Shown here: piece by piece, positions 36,206 to 46,924 of the stretch
How the letters are laid out: each line of letters starts with the position of its first letter
Numbering within the stretch: the stretch's first letter is position 1
From: a virus
IMG/VR virus record: IMGVR_UViG_3300034374_008984
Coordinates: 9,652 to 73,651 of that record
Direction: 5' to 3' (one strand)
Length of the DNA stretch: 64,000 nucleotides
Translations under genes and position numbers: made by a program
The notes under the pieces: model-generated
Told to the model about the DNA's origin: nothing
Databases searched by the model: none
The model's input: the letters and a program-made list of their open reading frames with translations, nothing else

Positions 36206-37480
36206 CTATCTCAATGTTTCTCCGTGGTAAAATTCCTGTTCTTTTAGAGGTACACCCGTAAGAATCCTGCCCCCAGAACCCGTTATCATTGGAAGCCCGT
36301 TCTTTGGGTCGAACTCAACTCTCAAATCCTCTATGCGTCCGAAAACGCCAAGATTGCCGCAGGCGTCAACAATCCATGCGTCTTGATTCTTGTATGGGCG
36401 TATAGCACGACCTGTCTGCTGATAATACTTTGCAAGGGATCGCATCGGCCTCGCTATTAAGACAACCTTTAACGCAGGATAGTCGAAGCCTACATCCCAA
36501 ACGGAACAATTCACAACACTCCGAAGTTTCCCGCTCTTGAAATCCTTTTCAGCCTTGCTCCTCTCGGCCTTGCTCGTTTTTCCCGTCACCGTGGCACTGT
36601 TACCAAGTTCCCTCGACACGAACTCCGCGTCAGCGACAGACGACATGAAGCACAGCACCTGTTTCCCCGTAGCATTGATCCTGCGGATGAGCTTCACGAT
36701 GTCAGTCTTGAAGTCAATCGTGTCGTAGTACCTCTGCAAGGCCGCTTCATCGTAGTCCGCCCCCGTGGAGTTCACCTTCAAGGCATTCCTGTCGAACCCG
36801 TGACTGAGTTGGCTGCGGACATCGAAGTACCGGCAGTTAGCAAGGTACCCCCTTTCTTTCAAATCAGAAATCTGGACATGGTATCCGACCTTGCCGAATA
36901 TCCTCGGAGACGTCCTTGTGAGGAACTTCAACATGGAGTCCCTGTTGCCGTCCCTGCTTGTGTGCGGGTATAGCCTGAATGGAGTAGCCGTCAACCCGAG
37001 AACCCTCGGATGGTTCAAAGCGTCAAGAAAATCCTTCAGTTGGCATCCTTTCGGGTCCGACATTAGATGAGACTCGTCTATGATGATGTTCCTATAATGA
37101 AGAAAGTGCTGCATCGATCGCTGCATCCCATTCCTGTCCTTCGCCATGATACTTTGGATGGACGCGAACGTGACCACGCCAAGGTCCTTCCTGCCGACAG
37201 ACGCAGAGTACACCCCCGCATGACCACCATAGGAGGTGAACTTCTCGTAGTTCTGTTGAAGAATCTCCTTGGAGGGTTGCAGGATGAGAGTCGGCTCTTT
37301 TAACCTCTCTGCAATACCCGCTATTATCAAGCTCTTGCCCGACCCTGTGGGATGCACCTGAATCTCATTCGGCCCCGAACTTCTGCTGAAAAAATCCAAC
37401 CCAGAAACGATGCCCGCCTCCTGATAATCTCTCGGAACATACTTCACAGGTGGCTTTTCAAAATCGACAGCAGACTGCAT
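36206..37480 (-). CDS. SF2 helicase (RadD/YejH-like)
   Basis: PRDYQ, PTGSGKS, IIDESH, GLTATP, GFD.P, QQTGRAIR. Confidence 0.92.
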   Translation of the reverse strand: MQSAVDFEKPPVKYVPRDYQEAGIVSGLDFFSRSSGPNEIQVHPTGSGKSLIIAGIAERLKEPTLILQPSKEILQQNYEKFTSYGGHAGVYSASVGRKDLGVVTFASIQSIMAKDRNGMQRSMQHFLHYRNIIIDESHLMSDPKGCQLKDFLDALNHPRVLGLTATPFRLYPHTSRDGNRDSMLKFLTRTSPRIFGKVGYHVQISDLKERGYLANCRYFDVRSQLSHGFDRNALKVNSTGADYDEAALQRYYDTIDFKTDIVKLIRRINATGKQVLCFMSSVADAEFVSRELGNSATVTGKTSKAERSKAEKDFKSGKLRSVVNCSVWDVGFDYPALKVVLIARPMRSLAKYYQQTGRAIRPYKNQDAWIVDACGNLGVFGRIEDLRVEFDPKNGLPMITGSGGRILTGVPLKEQEFYHGETLR

Positions 37481-37569
37481 TCCTTACAAGGCATTAAAAA
37501 AGTTGTTTTAATTGAACAGGCGACAAGTATCCCTCGAACTGGCCGCCTTGTCAGATTCATCGAATCGGG

Positions 37570-37842
37570 TTACGGGCAGGTGTGCGTTCGGAAGTACCTG
37601 TCATAAACGCGGGTCCCTTTCTTTAAGGTTCTTTCCCTGACAAGGATGACCCCGTGCTGAATCTTCTGTTCGAGGATGCCTATATGAGGCTTCCTTCGGT
37701 AGTACACCGCTTGCGGGGTCATCTCAATGCCTTTCTTCGCGAGGGCATCAATGTACTCCCGAGTGGTCATCCACCCGGTCTCCTTTCCGTCATTCAGAAG
37801 GGGGAAACCCTTGCCCTCGTGCTTTGTCGTGTATTTTGCCAT
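37570..37842 (-). CDS. small putative DNA-binding protein
   Basis: First gene after the minus-strand promoter; MTPQAVYYR is HTH-like. Confidence 0.6.
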   Translation of the reverse strand: MAKYTTKHEGKGFPLLNDGKETGWMTTREYIDALAKKGIEMTPQAVYYRRKPHIGILEQKIQHGVILVRERTLKKGTRVYDRYFRTHTCP

Positions 37843-37868
37843 GCTGTGATTGAAAACTATTGACCCCG

Positions 37869-37942
37869 CAAATGTACATAGAAAAAATTTACCTCAAACA
37901 CATGAAACCTGTTTTTTTATACGGATGAAGGAGTTACTTTTG
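37869..37942. promoter_or_regulatory. divergent promoter pair
   Basis: CAAATGTA (= TACATTTG on minus) at 37869-37876 and TACTTTTG on plus at 37935-37942. Confidence 0.75.
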
Positions 37943-37964
37943 TGGCATTCAAATAAATCAGCGC

Positions 37965-38252
37965 ATGAGCAACGAAAGGGTTTACAGCAGGAAAGTGTGG
38001 ACAGGAAGAGGCTTCAAACAAAGGTCTGTCAAGGAGTCCGAGTTGACAGCTGAGGACGTGACCTATTACTTGGCAGAGCTTGGGAAGGCTTACAATGCGG
38101 CCCCGTTGGTGGTCAAGGAACTGTTCCTCGATGAGGCTGTCCCGAAGATGAATGAGTTCAGAAGAAAACTCAGGGAGGAGGGCATCACGGAGGCCCTTGA
38201 ATCGGATACTGTAGCAAAGGCCCTTGGAGGGGATAACGAAACGGTGAACTGA
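37965..38252 (+). CDS. hypothetical protein
   Basis: 95-aa ORF after the promoter. Confidence 0.65.
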   Translation: MSNERVYSRKVWTGRGFKQRSVKESELTAEDVTYYLAELGKAYNAAPLVVKELFLDEAVPKMNEFRRKLREEGITEALESDTVAKALGGDNETVN

Positions 38253-38298
38253 TGTTCAGCAAATAGTATCTTTGCCTTCCTAACGGCATCCCGAAGCA

Positions 38299-39393
38299 AT
38301 GACCACAGGAGCAGACCTCTACAACTTCCTACAGGACGGCATCGACCAAGCCTACTCGGGATACATGAACGAACCCCGCGCCAACGACCTGTTGCGCGAG
38401 GCCGAGATAAAGGTCGCTGAAAAGCACTACTCCACGAACAAGACGCAGAAGACCTCGGATGAGCTATCCCCTCTGACGGTACTTGATAGGTCTATCCCTG
38501 TTAGGGCCAACAGGTTCAGGACGCTTCCGTTCAGGGTCACCGCGCTTACTGTTGTCGGTACCATTGCCAACATCACAGTGGACGCCCCTCACTCACTCCT
38601 TGTCGGTGACGCTGTCACCGTGGCCTCCGTGCAGGGATTTGCCCCGGGCATTGATGGGCAGTACGTTGTGGCATCCATTGTCACTCCTACTCAGTTCACG
38701 ATAGCAGTCCCCGCACAGACAGGTGCGTGGGCCACGGGAACGGGCAGCGTGACGACATCGTACATGATACCCGACATGGTACACCCGTTGGCGATTCGCC
38801 CGACATTCATCGCAAAGGAGCGAATGAGCATTGAGGACGTGGTTATCGGTGCAACTCCTTACCTGAAATTCAATCGTCCGAACTTCATCCGTGAGGATTC
38901 CCTCATTCGGGTAACAGGCGGCCTCGGTGTCGTGGGCCTCAACGGGGACTTCTACTGTAAGTTCCGCAACAGGGTGTCCTACTACCTCTACACGGATGAG
39001 GCCCTGTCCGTCCCCGCAGTCCTGTCGGGAACCTATCAGGGGTCTGGGCAAGCAGTTCTCGTTGTAAAGGAACAGGCCACCGTGCTGAGGCCCGATGCGA
39101 GGATCTCATACAGCACACAGAACAGTGACGAGTGGACACCCAAGTTCGGGATCTCCGAGAACGGCATAAACCTGTATCCCAAAAGCAGGGTCTGCGAGAA
39201 TGTCGAGGTGGACTACATGAAGCAGCCTCCCGTGACCATGGATGTGCTGAACACCGACATAGACCTTGAACTGTACTACACCTTCAAGTACCTCATGCGG
39301 ATAAAGGATGAGGCCGTCAACATCTTCCTGTTGCAGATGAGGGAACTTCAAGTGGCACAGGCAGAGGTGGCAATGACGCAAATCAATCCTTAA
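38299..39393 (+). CDS. putative head-tail adaptor/ring protein with inserted beta modules
   Basis: Helical N- and C-termini, DY.K.P motif, two H.L..GD.V.+..V.G...+DG-type modules; promoter TATCTTTG at 38267. Confidence 0.55.
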   Translation: MTTGADLYNFLQDGIDQAYSGYMNEPRANDLLREAEIKVAEKHYSTNKTQKTSDELSPLTVLDRSIPVRANRFRTLPFRVTALTVVGTIANITVDAPHSLLVGDAVTVASVQGFAPGIDGQYVVASIVTPTQFTIAVPAQTGAWATGTGSVTTSYMIPDMVHPLAIRPTFIAKERMSIEDVVIGATPYLKFNRPNFIREDSLIRVTGGLGVVGLNGDFYCKFRNRVSYYLYTDEALSVPAVLSGTYQGSGQAVLVVKEQATVLRPDARISYSTQNSDEWTPKFGISENGINLYPKSRVCENVEVDYMKQPPVTMDVLNTDIDLELYYTFKYLMRIKDEAVNIFLLQMRELQVAQAEVAMTQINP

Positions 39394-39410
39394 CCTAAAT
39401 CAATCCCAAC

Positions 39411-40166
39411 ATGTACTTGTTCAAAGACAAAGACTCAAAACTTGCTTACAGATTCTATCTGAAATCGTTCCACGAGGAGTCGGTGAAAAAAAAGGCATCA
39501 GATGTGCTCGAGGTGATACTGCGAGATTCGGGCCCGAGGGGATTTGAGTATAAATACAGATGGGTGACCGAGGCGGATATTGCAGAGGCAATCCTGACAA
39601 TGTGCCGAGAGGGAGTCTTTAACAAGGAGGAGTTGTCCAAAATAATCGAAGTAGATTTAGATGGCTTTGTAGCTACGAATCTTCTTTACGACATGGTGGT
39701 AAGGTTTCTCTATGAGCATGTAGCTAAAGACGTTGACGTGTTTGAAGATTCTTTTTTCAGAAGGGTCTTCGACACAACAAGGTTTCTTGGAGGTGGTAAG
39801 TTAGCTGTTTCACCAGTAGGGCATCAAGAATGGATTGATGATATTGGCATAGACGCAACCCCAAAAGACGTTGTAAAGTACATGGGCTTCAACAAGAATC
39901 AGGCAAAAAGAGTGATTGTTCTGCCTATTCACGATTCAACTTACAGGATGTATGTCGTCACTGACCTTGACGAACTTAAAAACAAGTTCTCCAAAAGAAG
40001 GGTCTATTGTAAGTTTTCAGGAATGTCTTATTGCAAAAATTTTAACGGACAAAAAGACGGGTGCATCTATCAAATAATGCACGACAAGAGGTCTCAGTTC
40101 AACATTGCATGGACTTATTCGCTGCTTCCCAATTCAACAACACCTGAAATACCTTTGAAAAGATGA
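39411..40166 (+). CDS. hypothetical protein (AT-rich, moron-like)
   Basis: 251 aa between structural genes, different base composition. Confidence 0.65.
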   Translation: MYLFKDKDSKLAYRFYLKSFHEESVKKKASDVLEVILRDSGPRGFEYKYRWVTEADIAEAILTMCREGVFNKEELSKIIEVDLDGFVATNLLYDMVVRFLYEHVAKDVDVFEDSFFRRVFDTTRFLGGGKLAVSPVGHQEWIDDIGIDATPKDVVKYMGFNKNQAKRVIVLPIHDSTYRMYVVTDLDELKNKFSKRRVYCKFSGMSYCKNFNGQKDGCIYQIMHDKRSQFNIAWTYSLLPNSTTPEIPLKR

Positions 40167-40825
40167 AACTCAAAGAGTGTATAGAGATACTTCAGGCGTC
40201 CCTCAGTGGAGGCGTGTTCACGGCAGAGGGCCTTACCGATGTCAAGTTCATGGAGTCCGTCCTCGCAACGGCCCGGGCAGTGTGCATCAAAGAGATGTAC
40301 CTCACGCAGAACAACATCCACGAGATCTACTACCAGCACGTCTATCTGGACTACGAGGAGGACATCCAGGAGGACGACTGCTACACCGTGTTCAGGTACC
40401 CCACGATACTCAACATCAACACACAGGTTGACGGGCATTCCTACATAGGGCAGAGCAAAGGGGATGCGAGTTGGAAGCGCATCAAGAGTCACGCGCAGTG
40501 GGCCAACTTTCAGAAGGCCCGGCCAAGACGCATAAAGGACGAGAGCATCTACTACCTGTTGGAGCCTCAGTACGGGCTTGTCAAGGTGTTCAAGGAAAAA
40601 GGCACCGTCAAGAGAGCTGTCGGGTATTCAATCTTCGCAGACCCCCTCGATAGTCTGATACCCTTCAACAGGCAGCTTGACGAGTACCCTATCACGCCCG
40701 AGTGCATGGCCCTTGTCGAGCAGTACCTGAGACAGGGCAAGTTCGAGAAGTACTTGCAGAGGCCGTCTAACATGATCGCAAACGGGGCGGATGATGCACA
40801 GTTGATGATGACAGGTCAGCAATGA
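40163..40825 (+). CDS. putative tail ring/structural protein
   Basis: IFADP...DEYPI...LV pattern; position in the tail module. Confidence 0.55.
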   Translation: MKLKECIEILQASLSGGVFTAEGLTDVKFMESVLATARAVCIKEMYLTQNNIHEIYYQHVYLDYEEDIQEDDCYTVFRYPTILNINTQVDGHSYIGQSKGDASWKRIKSHAQWANFQKARPRRIKDESIYYLLEPQYGLVKVFKEKGTVKRAVGYSIFADPLDSLIPFNRQLDEYPITPECMALVEQYLRQGKFEKYLQRPSNMIANGADDAQLMMTGQQ

Positions 40826-41154
40826 CACCGCTATACAGGGACATCGAACTGGAAAAGGAGTTCAAGAGGTTCCGCAGAAGCCCCGAGGGAAGGCGTCCAT
40901 ACTTCGATGCGCTATGGACAACATGGGAAATTATGAGGGCAAGCGACCTGAAAAGACTGCCGAACAACACCTTTGCCCTTGTCCGCGCAAACTTGTACCT
41001 TGCAGGGCTGCACTTCAACATTCTGCCTGAGCAGAAGAAGTTCTACGACTACACGGTATGGTTCATGGAGAACAGACTGAAAAATACAGGGGCAAAAGGT
41101 TATTGTAGATGCGAAATGTCCGAACTTTACAGCCCTGCAAAGGATAAGAGATGA
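40822..41154 (+). CDS. hypothetical protein
   Basis: ATGA overlaps at both ends. Confidence 0.65.
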   Translation: MTPLYRDIELEKEFKRFRRSPEGRRPYFDALWTTWEIMRASDLKRLPNNTFALVRANLYLAGLHFNILPEQKKFYDYTVWFMENRLKNTGAKGYCRCEMSELYSPAKDKR

Positions 41155-41864
41155 GATTCAGTGAGACAACATACGACCAGATAATCGCTATGGCGAAGTT
41201 CGGCCTGAACCTCGAGAACACCACCGACCACGACCCTTGGTTCATGCTCCTCCTCGATGAGTGCATGAGAGGAGTGAAGGACAGAAGCATAGAGGAACTC
41301 AGGACAGAGATCATCCCCCTCGATGAAGGCACCGCCCCACTCCCTTGCGGGTTTCTCCGCGCTATGGCTGTATGGTTCCAAAGCAGTACAGGCCCATGCA
41401 CCCTTGCCCCGTATGTGGACAGGAACATAGTCAACTACTGCGACTGCGGGGTGGACAACGTGAACCTGACCGCCCTCGGGACATCCTATCAGGTTAACGG
41501 CAATCACATCGTGTTTCACAACCCTATGGCGATCTCCGCAGAGGAGGTCTCCCTCGCGTACCTCGGACTGAGGCTCAACGAGAACAATCAGCCGGTCGTC
41601 CTCGAGAGTCATTCCCGCCTCGGTGCCGCCTTCATCACATGGAAGTTCAAGACGAAAATGGCCTCCGCAGAGAGGAACGCAGGGATGAGAAACCTTATGC
41701 GGAACGAGACAATGGACGCCAAGAGGGAGTACATGGCGCAGAAACGATACGTGGAAGGCGAGAGCAACAAGCGGCAGTGGGATGAGGACAAGAAATCAAT
41801 CGGGAGAACCTTCAACGCTTGGATAACAAGGCACAACAAGAGGGGTCTTTACAGTATGCCGTAA
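41151..41864 (+). CDS. putative tail ring/tubular protein
   Basis: LPCGF, YQVNGNHI.F, V.LAY.G...EN..P.V pattern typical of podovirus ring proteins. Confidence 0.6.
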   Translation: MRFSETTYDQIIAMAKFGLNLENTTDHDPWFMLLLDECMRGVKDRSIEELRTEIIPLDEGTAPLPCGFLRAMAVWFQSSTGPCTLAPYVDRNIVNYCDCGVDNVNLTALGTSYQVNGNHIVFHNPMAISAEEVSLAYLGLRLNENNQPVVLESHSRLGAAFITWKFKTKMASAERNAGMRNLMRNETMDAKREYMAQKRYVEGESNKRQWDEDKKSIGRTFNAWITRHNKRGLYSMP

Positions 41865-41878
41865 GAACGCACTGAGAC

Positions 41879-44800
41879 ATGGCAGACAAGATCACGCGCA
41901 TAACCCCTGCGGGGAACATGGACAAGGATTCCGACCCAAGGTATGTCGGAAAGGGAGAACGCGCAGGAGATTACCTCGATGCAAGGAACATTCAAGCAGT
42001 ATCCGAGGACGGCAACCTGCAAGGCTCCGCTATACCTACAAAGGGATGCGTATTAGGCTTTGACCTCGGCAGCGTCACTCAGCAGAACAAGCGGTACAGG
42101 ATATTCCTTGACGGGGATGCCACGAAGCAGCACGCGGTAAGGTTCCTCTCTACGCAGCGGGACGCGAACATACTTATCGGCACGGGGCCGTTACCTGGTC
42201 AGGCGGTTGAGTTCAACGGAACGGTCGCAAGTTGCGTGGCAGCATTGCAAGCAGCGGGTAACGCTGGGGTGATGACCTTCTCAGCGACAGCCACAACGGT
42301 TGACGTTACGATGACCGCTTATCCGATGTACCAATGGTACGCGGAGAGCGTTGGTCAGGACGTTGTTCAGGTGACATGCGTGGCGGAGGCCATACCTGTT
42401 GACCTCGCGGGGCCGCTAAAGGACATCGGCAGCTACGACTTACTTGGAGACCTGTTCATATTCAGTACGACTCAGGACAACGAGCCGACAGAGATAGCTC
42501 CCGACATAATCCTTGTAGGCCCGACATCGGGAGGAACATACATAGGCCCGCTCACGAGTTTGCTCTTCAACGGCAACCATGGACTTGTTCAAGGACAGTG
42601 GATACGCATCACGGGCTCGAACGAGTCGTTCCTGAACGGCCTGTTCGTGGTGAACTCAGTAGTGGATGCCACTCAGATAGAAATCGTGACGGTCACCGCG
42701 TGGGGAGTCAGTCCTCCCGTGACCACCCTCGGAACCCCGCAGGTGTTCATCCACCCGACAGGCATCGGAGAGATAGGTGTCGCTCAGAAGGACGACAACA
42801 CTGATTCGTGGACTTACACGAGATTGCTCCGGAGCGTGGAGTTGAATTTTGTGAGTCGTTGGCAGGTGGATTCCGATGGGGAAAAGGAGGTTAATGAGGT
42901 GTCCATCTACTTTGATGACGATTACAATAATTACAGGAGAATATATTACAAAGGCGATTACGTCACCGATGGGCTTCTCGGCTTTATTGGGGCAGGGAAT
43001 GATTATTCATACGGGAATATCAATTCTCAGATATACGGATTCAGTCCTAAGCCTTATGTGATAATTGATTATGACGGCCAATCGAACCCGGGTGGAAGTC
43101 TGGTGTCCGGAAATTACAGGTACTTTTTTGTCTTCAAGGATTTTTCTGGCAATGAATCCAATCCATCAGACCTGTCAGGTGTTGTCGTGGTCTATTCTGA
43201 TGAGGAAAATTCCCTTGCCATAGGTGACGATGCGGGAGTGACAACCAACAAGTTGACAAGGTTGACTGTCAGTGGGATTGATACATCGGTATTCTCTCAG
43301 GTCGCGCTCGGATACGTGAACAACACGCTTGGGGTTCTTTCCGCTAACATAGGCCCTTTTCGAGAGGTGTCGGGGGTTGAAATGAGTTTTGTCCATACTG
43401 GGTTCGAGGAGTTCATTCCTTACGATGTGGCCGTATTTGCGTCTCAATGGAACTCTTTGAACTATGACTTTGCAAAGAACATCCGAATAATAGACCAACG
43501 GATTGTGAGGTCGAATCTTAGGAAGCCAAGATATGCTGACCTTGAGGATTTTTTCGCTTCATTCAAGCACTCTGTATGCGTTGAAAGGATAGATGGCACA
43601 CAGGCCCCGTCCGCATCAAACCCTGCTGGGGAGTTCAAGGACACTTCAAACGTGTTCTACAAAAAGGGGTATATGTTCAATGAGACCTATCGGTTCTCGG
43701 GTAGGGTCGTTTTTAACAACGGTTCAATATCGGACTGGTTTTGGATTGATGACATCAGAATCGACCCACTCACATCAAACGCGGCAAATCCCAATGATGA
43801 CAGGAGAGACCAATCCTCCCCCAACATCGCCACGTCATACGACCTTACAGAGAACATACCCGGGATAGCTATATCCCAAACAGGCAGAAAGACCCCGGAC
43901 GGCAGCGTTTTCGATTCCAATGGCAACCTTGTCAGCAACCCGCAGAATGGTGTCGGGGATTATTTCTCCGATTCAAGGTATTTTCACAAGACCGTGCTCG
44001 TTCCCTATGTGGAGTTTTTTGGAGCAAACATAAATGCACCGATAAACGGCACTCCCTTATCCTCATTGATTTCACATATAGAAATTGGCAGGTGCGAGGT
44101 CGTCAAAGAGGTGATTGCAACAGGTATGGCAGTGTCCTCTGTTCGGATAACAACATCAGATGACCTCAACGTGCCCGGGGAGGATTTTCAATCTGTTCAA
44201 GGCATTTTGAGAGGGCCTTCACTTGTGGGGACATTTTCTATAATAAACCAAGGCTCTAATCGTCTCCCGGACACAAGGCTTGGTCTTGGAGTGAGGACCG
44301 GTGACAGGGATGGGGTTTTTGAGACTTTTCACGAGTATCCATACGTGTACTCTTCATTTCCTATGACAAGGATGGTAACAGGCTCAACCCCTGCTTCGTC
44401 TGCGCTGCCATTCATAACGACTCACCTTTTGGAACACTTCGTTGTGACCTTTCAGCCTGAGGGTTCGTGGGTGAACACGTTCCAAGGCTTCAATGACGGG
44501 TCAACCCCACCGGGTGTTTCTGTTTACTACCCATCCGCAAACGGTGTTGACTTCTGCATGAACGACATACCGACCACTGAGGAGGATTCCATTGGCACAT
44601 CAACGACTCTGAACAACTTCGGAAACAGGTTAAAGTCTGAGAGGAGATACCACACCATATATTCCCCTGATCTGATATTCGGGCAACAACAGGAATTTGA
44701 GCCATCAACAATATCTTCTGTAATAGATTTCGGGGAGGCTTTTCTTGACATGACTCAGTTTTCAAATACATTTTACTGGAAAGCTGTTTCAACAGGGAGT

Positions 44801-46918
44801 GAGGATGTTCAGATTCCATCATGTGTCAGTAGATACATCCCTGAGAACATGGGTACATCATTCAACGAGTACACCATAGACAGAATCTCAATAATCGGGG
44901 CGGGGGAGAGGGTTAATATGGACGGCTTCAATGGATTCAGGAAGGCACATGACGCCTTTTCATTCTTTGCCGGGCAGTTTATCGGTGGGCCACCCCCAAC
45001 CACCCGAAAGATTGGTTATGAAGGGTTATGGAAGATGATTGAAAGCCCGGTTGTTTTCACTGAGAATAATGGCCTCGGCATAGTTTCTCAGGGTAAAAAT
45101 CCCGACCACGGCATCAGGTACATTCAACTGTTCACGAAAAAGGATGACAAGTACGGGGATAAATCCGAATCCACATACCTCACTACAAACACTGTTCTCG
45201 ACATCAGGGAAAGAGAACCTTTCGGAGATATACAGCCGGGAGAGATAAAAGTTTTCGGAGGAGACACTTACACACAGCAATCCTATCTCAAGACCAAATT
45301 TTCAGATGTCTCCGTGAGTCCGGGTGCAAATGATGGAGAATGGAGCACTGACGACACCCTGATGTCCGCAACCAAGGGACCTGGGTTCGGGGGAGGTCTT
45401 TTCGTCTATACCCAAAACAGGGTCAACTCGCAACTCAGATTCGACACGGAAGATCAGTTCATTCCATTGAAGGATACCAATACGCTCGGTGAGTGGGCAT
45501 GGGATTTCCGATTACTTGATAGGCACACGTATTCAGGAATATATGACGGTGACGTGTCGGATGGCCTTACTCAGGCATCAGGAAACGAGGGTCTTGACCC
45601 AACGAGATTTGATTTCCCTTCAAGGATCGTATGGTCTCAGAAGAAAATCTACGGGGAACTTTCCGACTCGTACGCGATGTTCCTTCCTTTTGACCTGAAA
45701 GACCTTGATCTCAGGTTCGGGGAAATAATGCACCACGAGAATGTGAACGGTGAACTATTCACTCTTCAGTTGCGGAAGTGGATGGCGCAGCTCTTCAACA
45801 CCCGTGGAGAACTCCAAGTGTCGGGCAATGCGATAGGCGCAGTCATCGGTGATGGCTCGGTACTTTCCCGTGACGGGCAGACCCTTTCCCGCTACGGCAC
45901 GGAGAACAAGTGGTCATGCGTCCTTGGAACGAGCCAAGGCGGCAAGGATGTCCTCTATTGGTTCAATGCCGAGAACGGCCTCTTTCTAAGATTCGGTGCA
46001 GACGGCACGGTAATAATCTCCGACACAAGGCGTTTCAGGTCGTTCTCCAACAAGGCCGCCAAGTGGGTTCGCGGGAAGGATGCCCCCGCATTCGAGCAAG
46101 GCATCAGGGCCGTGTGGGACGACCGCAGCAAGGAGGCCATCTGGACATTCACCGGCTGGAGAGATGTTGCGGAGTGGGCCCGTCCTGGCGTCATCATCCC
46201 GTCCACAACAGAAGGCACCGTTGTCAGCAACCCCAACGCACCATCCCTCACCTACGAAAACCTCCCAAGGTTCTTCAAGGCAAAGAGCACCCACGCTAAC
46301 CTCCTTTCGAGAGAGCCGGGGGTCGGGGCTGATTGGCAGGAGTTCTTCGAGGAGATACCCGTGACGGACACCGACTACTACTCCGTGTTCACGGTGGCCC
46401 ACAACGAGATGACCAACGGCTTCAAAACGTTCTACGGGCACATCCCGAAGACCTACTTGAAGTGGCGGGACACATTCCTTTCAAGCCACCCCATATTCAG
46501 GAACCTCATCTTTGAGCACAGGAAAGGGGATTACTGCACATGGTACGGTAATGAGGCAAAAGGAATAGCCCCAAAGATCGAGGACGCCCATGTGGAGATG
46601 GTCGTCAACGAACTCCCCGAGCAAAGCATGAGAGGGGTCGCTGTCAGCTTCCTTTCGGACAACGCCCCCGACAGAGTTGATTTTAGCACCCCGAGACAGA
46701 GAACATTCTCAGAGTCTCAGGACTTTGTCCGCAGGGATGATCAGTACTTCGCGCCTATAAGAGGAGATGTGTCTCAGGGCCTTGCACCGAACCAAAGCAG
46801 AGTTGCATTGTCGGGTGATTACTTGCGTGTCAAGTTCACTATCTTTGGCGGGACTTACAACCTACTTCACAGCATCATTGTCAAGATAAGGGACAGGATG
46901 CGAAGGATAAATAACTGA
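41879..46918 (+). CDS. tail nozzle/stabilisation (muzzle-like) protein
   Basis: 1679 aa; N-terminal GNMDKDSDP...YLDARN, KGY...ETYRF, beta-propeller-like C-terminal half. Confidence 0.65.
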   Translation: MADKITRITPAGNMDKDSDPRYVGKGERAGDYLDARNIQAVSEDGNLQGSAIPTKGCVLGFDLGSVTQQNKRYRIFLDGDATKQHAVRFLSTQRDANILIGTGPLPGQAVEFNGTVASCVAALQAAGNAGVMTFSATATTVDVTMTAYPMYQWYAESVGQDVVQVTCVAEAIPVDLAGPLKDIGSYDLLGDLFIFSTTQDNEPTEIAPDIILVGPTSGGTYIGPLTSLLFNGNHGLVQGQWIRITGSNESFLNGLFVVNSVVDATQIEIVTVTAWGVSPPVTTLGTPQVFIHPTGIGEIGVAQKDDNTDSWTYTRLLRSVELNFVSRWQVDSDGEKEVNEVSIYFDDDYNNYRRIYYKGDYVTDGLLGFIGAGNDYSYGNINSQIYGFSPKPYVIIDYDGQSNPGGSLVSGNYRYFFVFKDFSGNESNPSDLSGVVVVYSDEENSLAIGDDAGVTTNKLTRLTVSGIDTSVFSQVALGYVNNTLGVLSANIGPFREVSGVEMSFVHTGFEEFIPYDVAVFASQWNSLNYDFAKNIRIIDQRIVRSNLRKPRYADLEDFFASFKHSVCVERIDGTQAPSASNPAGEFKDTSNVFYKKGYMFNETYRFSGRVVFNNGSISDWFWIDDIRIDPLTSNAANPNDDRRDQSSPNIATSYDLTENIPGIAISQTGRKTPDGSVFDSNGNLVSNPQNGVGDYFSDSRYFHKTVLVPYVEFFGANINAPINGTPLSSLISHIEIGRCEVVKEVIATGMAVSSVRITTSDDLNVPGEDFQSVQGILRGPSLVGTFSIINQGSNRLPDTRLGLGVRTGDRDGVFETFHEYPYVYSSFPMTRMVTGSTPASSALPFITTHLLEHFVVTFQPEGSWVNTFQGFNDGSTPPGVSVYYPSANGVDFCMNDIPTTEEDSIGTSTTLNNFGNRLKSERRYHTIYSPDLIFGQQQEFEPSTISSVIDFGEAFLDMTQFSNTFYWKAVSTGSEDVQIPSCVSRYIPENMGTSFNEYTIDRISIIGAGERVNMDGFNGFRKAHDAFSFFAGQFIGGPPPTTRKIGYEGLWKMIESPVVFTENNGLGIVSQGKNPDHGIRYIQLFTKKDDKYGDKSESTYLTTNTVLDIREREPFGDIQPGEIKVFGGDTYTQQSYLKTKFSDVSVSPGANDGEWSTDDTLMSATKGPGFGGGLFVYTQNRVNSQLRFDTEDQFIPLKDTNTLGEWAWDFRLLDRHTYSGIYDGDVSDGLTQASGNEGLDPTRFDFPSRIVWSQKKIYGELSDSYAMFLPFDLKDLDLRFGEIMHHENVNGELFTLQLRKWMAQLFNTRGELQVSGNAIGAVIGDGSVLSRDGQTLSRYGTENKWSCVLGTSQGGKDVLYWFNAENGLFLRFGADGTVIISDTRRFRSFSNKAAKWVRGKDAPAFEQGIRAVWDDRSKEAIWTFTGWRDVAEWARPGVIIPSTTEGTVVSNPNAPSLTYENLPRFFKAKSTHANLLSREPGVGADWQEFFEEIPVTDTDYYSVFTVAHNEMTNGFKTFYGHIPKTYLKWRDTFLSSHPIFRNLIFEHRKGDYCTWYGNEAKGIAPKIEDAHVEMVVNELPEQSMRGVAVSFLSDNAPDRVDFSTPRQRTFSESQDFVRRDDQYFAPIRGDVSQGLAPNQSRVALSGDYLRVKFTIFGGTYNLLHSIIVKIRDRMRRINN

Positions 46919-46924
46919 GAACGC

